Shown one piece after another: positions 26,545 through 34,330 of a stretch of DNA of 64,000 bases (its first letter is position 1; every line of letters begins with the position of its first letter). The notes beneath the pieces are model-generated. The model searched no databases and was not told where the DNA came from. It saw nothing but the letters and a program-made list of their open reading frames with translations. Both the position numbers and the translations under genes were made by a program. The stretch lies in sequence record PQ182779.1; one strand, given 5' to 3'.

Positions 26545-27137
26545 CATTAAATGAACTCCTGTCACTCCCTGACGATACCGTCCTGGGTAATTACGTTGAT
26601 AAGGATGATATCTCGCTTGCGGATCGCGCGCATCTTTTTGCGCCCGCTATTCACCCAGAAACCGCCACCGTGAAAGACCTGCGGGAATACCTGGACAGTC
26701 ATCCCGATGACGATAACAAGACAATATGGTTAGAAATGGAAATCGCACCTTTACCGGAACAAGGAAAAGAAGAGCCTGTTAATGACCAAACAGATAAGAC
26801 GGTACCCGGTATTCATCCAGAAGTGATTGGTGCGATCGCTAAACCGGATAAATACGAAGTCAGGTCACGGCGTTTGGTTGGTGCTATGTTCGCAATGGTA
26901 CTGGCCTTCACTATTTTGATCTTCACCTCAGTAGTGGCCGTGGTGTGTATCGATAGAAAAGAACTCCCCTCGGCGACGTTAGCAGGGATCATTATCTTAC
27001 CGACGATGATGGTGACGTGGTATTACATGGGCATCATTAACCGAGAGCGCCGAGATATCCTTTCGGCAGTGGTAGGCGATAAGATCAACAGCAGTGTAGT
27101 AGCAGACGTTATCACCGCGTTACGTAGCAGACGATAA
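26541..27137 (+). CDS. two-TM membrane protein, holin candidate
   Basis: Hydrophobic segments LVGAMFAMVLAFTILIFTSVVAVVCI and LAGIIILPTMMVTWYYMGII, a basic C-terminus, and adjacency to the spanin genes. Confidence 0.5.
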   Translation: MTLNELLSLPDDTVLGNYVDKDDISLADRAHLFAPAIHPETATVKDLREYLDSHPDDDNKTIWLEMEIAPLPEQGKEEPVNDQTDKTVPGIHPEVIGAIAKPDKYEVRSRRLVGAMFAMVLAFTILIFTSVVAVVCIDRKELPSATLAGIIILPTMMVTWYYMGIINRERRDILSAVVGDKINSSVVADVITALRSRR

Positions 27138-27143
27138 AATATA

Positions 27144-27172
27144 AAAGGTAGAGGGTTTGACCCTCTACCTTT
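27144..27172. terminator. bidirectional hairpin H8
   Basis: AAAGGTAGAGGG-TTTGA-CCCTCTACCTTT, with A-rich and T-rich flanks between convergent genes. Confidence 0.8.
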
Positions 27173-27175
27173 ATT

Positions 27176-27775
27176 TTATTTTGTCTTACTATCAAGTTGG
27201 GCGGCGTTAAGGTAAACTTCCACGAGTTCCTGGTATTTTACAAACGCCCCTTTATACTGAACGATGACCTGCTGCGCAGCGTTTAATCGCACGGCGCATT
27301 GATCTGCTCTAAAGGCTTCCCCTTTAAGAAATTGCACATTCTCAGCTGGAAGTTTGGCGTAATAGGTTCCATCACTTCCTCCCGAACTTCCGGGAGTTTG
27401 ACTTCCGGTACCTTGAGCGTTACCGATGTGTTTTTGGTCGGTACGTACTCTTTCGACGCGCAACCACACATCACCAATACCATCAAGCTTAGACTGAGTA
27501 TTTTTAATCGCTTTTTGTTGTTCATCGAATTTACCATTGATTGAAGACAAGTTATTATCCAATTCGTTTTGTAACACGCCCATGTGCTCATCAAGCGACT
27601 GTTGCAAATTCTTTTGGATGGTTTGCGTCATTTGGTTCGTGACGTCGGCGATTGTTTCAGTGATCTTTTTCTGTGCGTATTCCCCGGCTTTAAATACACC
27701 GTAGATAAAGAGCAAAATAGAGAGAATGACCAGAAGCCACCTAACTAACTTGTTGTTGAAAAATGAAGTCCACAT
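27176..27775 (-). CDS. Rz: Rz-like inner-membrane spanin (i-spanin), 199 aa
   Basis: N-terminal TM (LVRWLLVILSILLFIYGVF), coiled coil, a G/S linker, and a C-terminal helix EAFRADQCAVRLNAAQ. Contains a nested lipoprotein ORF. Confidence 0.8.
   Translation of the reverse strand: MWTSFFNNKLVRWLLVILSILLFIYGVFKAGEYAQKKITETIADVTNQMTQTIQKNLQQSLDEHMGVLQNELDNNLSSINGKFDEQQKAIKNTQSKLDGIGDVWLRVERVRTDQKHIGNAQGTGSQTPGSSGGSDGTYYAKLPAENVQFLKGEAFRADQCAVRLNAAQQVIVQYKGAFVKYQELVEVYLNAAQLDSKTK
27283..27525 (-). CDS. Rz1: Rz1-like outer-membrane lipoprotein spanin (o-spanin), nested in Rz, 80 aa
   Basis: MNNKKRLK-ILSLSLMVLV-MCG/C signal peptide with the lipobox Cys at 27460-27462. Pro-rich mature part with two further Cys. 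Lies fully inside the i-spanin gene in another frame. Confidence 0.8.
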   Translation of the reverse strand: MNNKKRLKILSLSLMVLVMCGCASKEYVPTKNTSVTLKVPEVKLPEVREEVMEPITPNFQLRMCNFLKGKPLEQINAPCD

Positions 27776-27777
27776 AC

Positions 27778-29022
27778 TCAGGCCACCTTTTTAATCAAGA
27801 GAAACCGCGCTTCAGAAGAGAACGTCGGTCTATACCCGTAACGTTGGTTCTGAACCAATTGACGTTCATTCATCGGAATAGTTTCGTAAAACCAACGACT
27901 GACCAACGAATGCGGGAGACGAAGTGCATAGAACCCATCTTGTTTCCACAAGGTATACTCCGCCAGATACCCGTTACCGATCTGTGCCGGAAGGTCAGGT
28001 AAAGTCTCGCCCGGTGAGAGATAAGTCCCGTCAATCAATGTCCGTTTCAAACTGAGGTATTCTTTCTCGAGGTTCACGCTGTCGATCACTACCAGGAAAG
28101 AATAAACCGAAGTCATAAACGCTTTGATCACTGCGTCAGTGATGAACTGATTTGCAACCACCTGTTCTGTTTCATTCTCATCTTTAGAAAGCGGAATGTC
28201 ACTGTAGTCCAAATATTGGTGCGTTTCAAAAAAGTGGTTGATCAGGTTGATATTCTGCATATGGACTTGGATACGGGTTTCCCCAGTAACAGAGACTTCT
28301 TTATCGAGAAGATACAGTTTCCCCGCTACTACCAGACCAACGGTTTTCCCGGTCAGCGCCACCGGAGAACGTAAGTAAAACCCTTTAGCTAATGGTAACG
28401 CTTCCCCACCGCCCTGAATCATACTCGCCGAAATTGGGAAAGTCTCTACTTTCCCAATTGAACTAAAATCCAGAATCCCTACACGTAAGTCGTTAAACTT
28501 GGACGCAAACTTACCAGCGTGGTTCAGTGTAATCCCTTCGCCATCAATCGGCCATGCTCGGAAACAGAGTCCGTTGACTGTCCAAAGAGATTGGTCAACA
28601 ATGGTACTGTAATCGGTAATCCCGTCCCGTTGCACCAGAAGGTCAATACGTTGATCTGGTAACAGGTTTTCGTCGGTACTGAAATTAGCGTTAGTCCCTT
28701 TAAAGGTGAACTTGTACGCCATTGCATTCAGAAAGCGAACGTAACTGTCACCGCGTTGACCACGAGGGTCGTCTTCCACCAAAGTCAGACCAGATGCTAA
28801 TTCAAGGTATTGATTTAACGTGGCGACAGAATCGCGCACCGACACCGGGAGACTATAGAGATCCAGCCACCCGTTCTTCTCGTTAGTCGCGTCGAAGAGG
28901 TAAACCAGAACATTGCTGTACAAAGTGAAGATGGTAATCAGTCGTACTTCACCCAGTGCCTTTTCTTCCCAATCATTAAAACTGCCTTTCGTTCGTGTTT
29001 GTGCCTGAATAAGCTGATACAT
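27778..29022 (-). CDS. virion structural protein, 414 aa
   Basis: An AAAGGA RBS precedes ATG 29022 (MYQLIQAQ), so the track start 29076 is too long. Divergent from the tail fibre genes. Confidence 0.6.
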   Translation of the reverse strand: MYQLIQAQTRTKGSFNDWEEKALGEVRLITIFTLYSNVLVYLFDATNEKNGWLDLYSLPVSVRDSVATLNQYLELASGLTLVEDDPRGQRGDSYVRFLNAMAYKFTFKGTNANFSTDENLLPDQRIDLLVQRDGITDYSTIVDQSLWTVNGLCFRAWPIDGEGITLNHAGKFASKFNDLRVGILDFSSIGKVETFPISASMIQGGGEALPLAKGFYLRSPVALTGKTVGLVVAGKLYLLDKEVSVTGETRIQVHMQNINLINHFFETHQYLDYSDIPLSKDENETEQVVANQFITDAVIKAFMTSVYSFLVVIDSVNLEKEYLSLKRTLIDGTYLSPGETLPDLPAQIGNGYLAEYTLWKQDGFYALRLPHSLVSRWFYETIPMNERQLVQNQRYGYRPTFSSEARFLLIKKVA

Positions 29023-29087
29023 GTCCGGTCCTTTTTGATGAGTATTGGTATGTTGATCCATCGGCCGATGGTACATTGAGGATAATC

Positions 29088-31319
29088 ATGAGCGACGAAA
29101 TTGTATTCCCATATGACTTCGATCCTTATCAAGAGAATGAAAGTAACCAGATCTCAGGTGAGGCTCATACGATAACAGCAGCTAACGGAACCGACTTTAA
29201 CTTTATTGTCCCGCGTTACGCGCCGTTTTTCCGTCGCGGCTTTGTCTGCCGCAATACGACCACCGGCGTCACCTTACGTCCTGACGTCGATTATTTCTTT
29301 GGTTTCCGTTTCGACCAAATTACGGTTTCTGGAAGTCAGTTACCGGTCTACGGTGCGATTGTCTTTAACGATAAATCACTCAGCGCCAATATCGAAATTG
29401 AATACCACACCCTAGGGGGAGAATTCTGTTTAGACGAGAGTAAAATTCTCCAGCTCATGGCGAACAAAGCGCAAGACCCGCGTTCCTTGCAATGGGGTGC
29501 CGTGGTTGATCTCCCAACGGAATTCCCGACTATCGCCCACCGTCATGACGTTGATGACATGACGGGCTTCAGCGAAGTGATTTCTGCGATCTATTCGCTT
29601 TCTGATGCACAATCTGCCGGCTTTAATAAAGCCATGCAATCTTTGCTAGAACACATTGCCGACCACAACAACCCACACAAAATCACATTGGCCGATTTGG
29701 GTATTGACGATCTGGGTAATCTGGTTCCGGCGAATAAAGAGCAGGCAGAAGGCGGTACAGATAATACGTACTACATGACGTCTTTAAGAACGTCACAGCA
29801 ATTCCAGGCAATTTACTTGCCGTTACTGGAAGCACACGAGAACGACGACAGTAACCCGCACAAGGTGAATAAAGCCCAAGTTGGGTTAGATCTGGTACAA
29901 AACTACCGTGTTGCGAACACCCTCGAATCTTCGGCAGGGGTAGCGGATAACCTGTACCTGACCCCGTCGGGCGGCAGGATTCTGGCAAACGCGCTGGTTC
30001 CGGGTATCATGGAGTTCCACACCACGAACACCAATAACCCGCATGGCGTCACTAAAGCACAAGTGGGCTTGGGGAATGTCCCTAACTACACCACAGCAAC
30101 GGAAGAAGAAGCGTTAGCGGGTGTGAGTAAAACGACTTTACTGACCCCGTATCTGGCCAACCTGATGTTGACAAACTCAACTGACCAACCGCTGGCAGCG
30201 CACTTACTGGATAAAAATAATCCGCACAGTGTGACCGCGGCGCAAGTCGGGTTAGGTAACGTTCAGAACTACGGAACGGCAACGAACGACCAAACCGTTT
30301 TAGGGACTGCCGCCAACCTCTATACCACTCCAGCGGGAATTGCGTATTGGTGGACCAATGCTGCGAAAATTTATGTCGACCAAGCGATTGAACAAGGGAC
30401 TAACTTAACGGCAGCGGATGTAGGCTTAGGAAATGTGGTTAATGCCGGCTTTGCCTCAAGTGCAGAGAACGCCGCCGGTACCGTCACTCAGAAATACGTC
30501 GATCCCGCAGGTGTGGTGACGGCTATTAAGAACAATGTAATCGTTCGTGATTATTCCTGCCAGCCGAGTTATATCGCTAAACTCACGACCGGGTTCCCGG
30601 CCGGCGGGCTACTCGATGCGGCGGTAACGTATTCAACGGGGATTAACAAAACGTGGGATGCTACCCTGCGTACGTTGACTTCTCCGTTACAGGCCGCGGA
30701 TAAAGTATCGGCATTGTTGATTGCGGCGCCTTCTACTTACTCCCAGAAAGGGTATGTCGATGTGGCGACGGGTACTTCAGTACCTGGGTTTATTTTCGGT
30801 TACTATCAAGACACTAGCGGTAATGACAATTACGCCGGTATCTTCTTTAAAAACGGTGCGGTCTATCTCGGTACGTATATCGCCGGTACTTGGACCAAAG
30901 GAAGTGACGTTGCAATCGCGGCGTTAACGGGTTCCTCTATTCAGGTTACCTGTACGAAATCCGGGACCAATATGTCCGTGACCGTAGCCTCTACGACCGT
31001 CACGGTTGACGTGAGTTCGGTGACCTTCAGTTCATCCGCTTTTGCGAACATGGGTGGGTTTATCGTCAATGGTAAAGATTCGCTGATCTTTACGCCTACT
31101 ACCTTCGGTGGTTTGGTTTATAGTATTGTCGATGTGATCTCTCGTCAAAGTTATAAATATTCCGGTTCCGCTTGGGCGATCGACGAAACCGCTGACATGA
31201 CTACGTTGGACACCGATCTGCGCGTAGGACGTACTATTTGTAACTTAGGGTCCAAAGAAGTTTTCATGCCTTTACCCAATAATCAATTTGCGGTCCTGAA
31301 TCCACCGACTTCCCTTTAA
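29088..31319 (+). CDS. tail fibre-like protein with NPHxVTxAQVGLGNV repeats (phiKZ gp145/146-type), 743 aa
   Basis: GAGGA RBS before ATG 29088. Four H-x5-NPH repeats plus a partial fifth, and a beta-rich C-terminal domain. Confidence 0.75.
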   Translation: MSDEIVFPYDFDPYQENESNQISGEAHTITAANGTDFNFIVPRYAPFFRRGFVCRNTTTGVTLRPDVDYFFGFRFDQITVSGSQLPVYGAIVFNDKSLSANIEIEYHTLGGEFCLDESKILQLMANKAQDPRSLQWGAVVDLPTEFPTIAHRHDVDDMTGFSEVISAIYSLSDAQSAGFNKAMQSLLEHIADHNNPHKITLADLGIDDLGNLVPANKEQAEGGTDNTYYMTSLRTSQQFQAIYLPLLEAHENDDSNPHKVNKAQVGLDLVQNYRVANTLESSAGVADNLYLTPSGGRILANALVPGIMEFHTTNTNNPHGVTKAQVGLGNVPNYTTATEEEALAGVSKTTLLTPYLANLMLTNSTDQPLAAHLLDKNNPHSVTAAQVGLGNVQNYGTATNDQTVLGTAANLYTTPAGIAYWWTNAAKIYVDQAIEQGTNLTAADVGLGNVVNAGFASSAENAAGTVTQKYVDPAGVVTAIKNNVIVRDYSCQPSYIAKLTTGFPAGGLLDAAVTYSTGINKTWDATLRTLTSPLQAADKVSALLIAAPSTYSQKGYVDVATGTSVPGFIFGYYQDTSGNDNYAGIFFKNGAVYLGTYIAGTWTKGSDVAIAALTGSSIQVTCTKSGTNMSVTVASTTVTVDVSSVTFSSSAFANMGGFIVNGKDSLIFTPTTFGGLVYSIVDVISRQSYKYSGSAWAIDETADMTTLDTDLRVGRTICNLGSKEVFMPLPNNQFAVLNPPTSL

Positions 31320-31331
31320 GCGAGGTTTAAA

Positions 31332-32687
31332 ATGACAGTAAGTACGGCAGCTTTGAAATACCCGCTTGATCGGACAGGCGCCGCAGCGAGTAATAAAATT
31401 ATCAACGAGGCACGTACGGTAGGGCGCGAAGTTTATCGCGCCATTGCGCCTTACGCTGGCGCATTCTTTACCAAGAGCATGGTTGTGGTCGATCAGGCCA
31501 CGGGCGCAGTGTTGACCCTGAATACCGATTATAAAATCCTTTATCCGTATCAAGAAGCGGAATTGGAAATCGGTAAACCTATTTGTACGATCGTACAGAT
31601 TCTCAACGCTAACGTGACCGCAGTCTATCTGACTTACCAATGTGTAGGGGGTCCCTACACCACTGCCCGCGATGTCCTTGTTCAGTTGATCTCTGATCTA
31701 CAGCAGGACAACCGTGCGGTGACGTGGGACGCCATTCTCGGTAAACCGATTGAGTTTAACCCGTCTAAACACCTTCACTCCGCGACTGACCTTTACGGTC
31801 TTGAGTACGTGGTGTTGGCCTTAGAAGAATTGGTTCAGGCGGCCTATACCGGTGACGTTTCTTCGCATGATGTTCTTTACAACTACATCGACCGTATCAA
31901 AGCGTACCTCGACGATAATCTCGATGCCCTGCACCAGACCGATACAGATCTTTACGCAGAAATTGAGCGTTTAGATAATCGGATTGACGGGGTGATTAAC
32001 AGCATCAATGGTGTTCAAACGAATTTGACCACGCATATCGACGATGTTAGCAATCCCCATAAAGTTACCAAGGCACAAGTGGGGCTGGGGGCAGTTGAGA
32101 ACTATCGTCCCGCGACGCAGGATGAGGCGGAAGCTGGCACAGCACTGAACGTGATTATGACCCCTTTACGCGGGATCCAACAGATCACTAAGTACATTGC
32201 GACCAACGTCACTCCAACCATAACGAGCCACGTACAAAACACCAGTAACCCGCATAACACCACTGCCGCCCAAGTCGGGTTAGGTAACGTGACGAATAAC
32301 GCGCAGGTAATTCGTGGCGGCGGTACCAATATGCTAACTAACACGATTCGTATTGGGTGGGACGGTACGCAGATTTTAGCGCAAGTTGACAACACCTCAA
32401 TGGGCCGCGTACATACCACGAACCAACCTGATCCGAATATTGCCTCGCACGCGAATAATAAGTCCAACCCCCACAGCGTTACTAAGGCGCAAGTCGGGTT
32501 AGGAAACGTTCCGAACTGGCGAGAAGCTACCGATCAGGAAAACTATGACGGCAACCACGGTAGCGTCTTTGCCACGCCATACAGTATTCGACGTTACACA
32601 GACGGTTACCGTACGTTCTCTTACAGCACCCCGCCTGGTAGTACATCGGGTTACCGCGAAGGCCACATCTGGTATAAACTTTTCTAA
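31332..32687 (+). CDS. tail fibre protein with three NPH repeats, 451 aa
   Basis: GAGG RBS. The N-terminus is paralogous to 29088 (APYAGAFF vs VPRYAPFF). Ends in the GHIWYK motif. Confidence 0.75.
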   Translation: MTVSTAALKYPLDRTGAAASNKIINEARTVGREVYRAIAPYAGAFFTKSMVVVDQATGAVLTLNTDYKILYPYQEAELEIGKPICTIVQILNANVTAVYLTYQCVGGPYTTARDVLVQLISDLQQDNRAVTWDAILGKPIEFNPSKHLHSATDLYGLEYVVLALEELVQAAYTGDVSSHDVLYNYIDRIKAYLDDNLDALHQTDTDLYAEIERLDNRIDGVINSINGVQTNLTTHIDDVSNPHKVTKAQVGLGAVENYRPATQDEAEAGTALNVIMTPLRGIQQITKYIATNVTPTITSHVQNTSNPHNTTAAQVGLGNVTNNAQVIRGGGTNMLTNTIRIGWDGTQILAQVDNTSMGRVHTTNQPDPNIASHANNKSNPHSVTKAQVGLGNVPNWREATDQENYDGNHGSVFATPYSIRRYTDGYRTFSYSTPPGSTSGYREGHIWYKLF

Positions 32688-32700
32688 GGGAGTAGAGTAA

Positions 32701-33231
32701 ATGCGTAGTTACCCTAGATTAGTCAATGGTGGCGGCTGGCGTGGTGTTGATCTTCCGTGGATCGTTAACGGCGGAAGTTGGCATCGTGTTGATAATGCCT
32801 GGGTAGTTAATGGCGGTGTGTGGCAACCACTGTGGGATAAGATCGATCTTCCGCAGAGTTTCTGGAACAGCACGCACGAAGGTGGACGAAGCGGTTCTAT
32901 CGGCGGGGTTCTTTGGGGTAACTCGGTTTACTCCACGTATTGGGATCTCCCGACAGCGAAGCGAGTCGTGGGCGTGGTCATCGACATTACCCTCGATGGT
33001 AACCAGGGCGGATGGCACGGTTCTGGAGGTAAATACGGTGCGAACCAAACTCGACCGGGTGATTGGTCCTGGGATGCCCCGTCGGGTTCCGGGGTAAAAC
33101 GTTCCCCTGTTTTACCGTGTTCATTCGCGGCCGGTGAAAGAATCACAGTCTGGGCATACGGCGGTGGATCTGACAAAGGTGACGGAAAGAACTTGCGTAA
33201 TATTACATTAGTGGATGTGATTTACGGTTGA
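32701..33231 (+). CDS. putative fibre-tip adhesin / receptor-binding protein, 176 aa
   Basis: Three VNGGxW repeats at the N-terminus, then Gly/Trp-rich loops. Lies directly after a fibre gene. Confidence 0.55.
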   Translation: MRSYPRLVNGGGWRGVDLPWIVNGGSWHRVDNAWVVNGGVWQPLWDKIDLPQSFWNSTHEGGRSGSIGGVLWGNSVYSTYWDLPTAKRVVGVVIDITLDGNQGGWHGSGGKYGANQTRPGDWSWDAPSGSGVKRSPVLPCSFAAGERITVWAYGGGSDKGDGKNLRNITLVDVIYG

Positions 33232-33237
33232 CATCAC

Positions 33238-33265
33238 AGACTGGAGGACTTTCGTCCTCCAGTCT
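33238..33265. terminator. hairpin H9 between convergent genes
   Basis: AGACTGGAGGAC-TTTC-GTCCTCCAGTCT, then CCTTTTATG. Confidence 0.75.
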
Positions 33266-33269
33266 CCTT

Positions 33270-34259
33270 TTATGCTGTTGGTACCGGTGCTCCCGATTCG
33301 TCGTTACCTCTTTCCACGCCTTTGTGCGGGTGTTTAACCAGACTCACGCCCGCGGCAATAACGTCCACGGTGGTGGTCACAGTACCTTTCAACGTTGCAT
33401 CGTAGTTACTGTCTGTCGTTTCTTGACTGATCGGTCCGTTTAATTGGATAGCGCCGTTTAAGGCAATAATCGGCGCGGTTGTATCAAACCGCTCCCCGGC
33501 AGTCAACGCGATCCTTTTTCCTGCCTCTACTTCCAAATTCTCCGTCGCTTCAATCAGAATATTTTCCGCTTGCATGATGATTTTTTCTTTACCGACCAGA
33601 ATCAAATCCTCTAAGCAAAAGACGCCAATTTTCTTGTCGCTCATTTCCACCATTGATCCTGAGCTGTTTCGGGTACGAATAAGCTTCTCTTTAGTCTCAA
33701 GATAAAACTCGTTCCCTTCATCGTCACCAAGACTAATCGCACCCCCCGCCCCATTCAAAGTGATATGGTATTTACTGATCTCGCCATTGGCTTTTGAGGT
33801 GGTGATATTGATCGCGCCGGTATGACCGGAGATTTCAATCATGTAATGGGTGTCAGGACTAGGGACACCTGCTTCTCGATTCGCAGAGACCAACAGCCGT
33901 TTGGTTTCGAGTCGTCTGGCAACCGCACCGTCACCGCGCTCACGCCAGTAGTAGGTATTCATGTCTGCGTAACGAATCAGTTCTACTACCTCGCCACGCT
34001 GAACATCAGGGGCAGTACTCCAACTGCTGTCCACTGGTCGCCACTGAGCTTCGATCGCGGTGTCGGTCACCGCAGTAGCTTCAATCTTTTTCCCCGAAGC
34101 ATCGACGCTCTCAACAGTAAGTTTCTGTAACTGGCTTTGTACGTCCCCTTGCATCCACGGTGTCTTCTGGTGAGCCCAGACTAAAATGTTGTTTTGTCCT
34201 AGGGGTTTATTCTCGGCAACGATGCCAAACGTCCTCTCGACGATATCGTGGTTGTTCAT
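33270..34259 (-). CDS. baseplate central spike / puncturing protein (gp5/GpV-like; phiKZ gp164-type), 329 aa
   Basis: OB-fold-like N-terminus (APDVQRGEVVELIRYADMNTYYW), beta-helix-like repeats, and a C-terminal SLVKHPHKGV (HxH tip). Confidence 0.8.
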   Translation of the reverse strand: MNNHDIVERTFGIVAENKPLGQNNILVWAHQKTPWMQGDVQSQLQKLTVESVDASGKKIEATAVTDTAIEAQWRPVDSSWSTAPDVQRGEVVELIRYADMNTYYWRERGDGAVARRLETKRLLVSANREAGVPSPDTHYMIEISGHTGAINITTSKANGEISKYHITLNGAGGAISLGDDEGNEFYLETKEKLIRTRNSSGSMVEMSDKKIGVFCLEDLILVGKEKIIMQAENILIEATENLEVEAGKRIALTAGERFDTTAPIIALNGAIQLNGPISQETTDSNYDATLKGTVTTTVDVIAAGVSLVKHPHKGVERGNDESGAPVPTA

Positions 34260-34330
34260 TAAGTCCCCTTATTATTTTTCACTTTTCCGGCTATTGTAAT
34301 AGAGTCCACTTTTTGTTACGGTACGAATAA

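Noticed and set aside
32719-33176. Three overlapping 82-109-aa ORFs across the tip-protein gene
   Set aside because: They arise from GC-rich Gly/Trp codons that lack stops in other frames. They have no RBS or motifs, unlike the nested Rz1.
34290-34305. ATTGTAA boxes at about 34298 and 43905 as further early promoters
   Set aside because: They lack the TATATYAC core at the matching spacing. They could be middle promoters, but the evidence is too weak.
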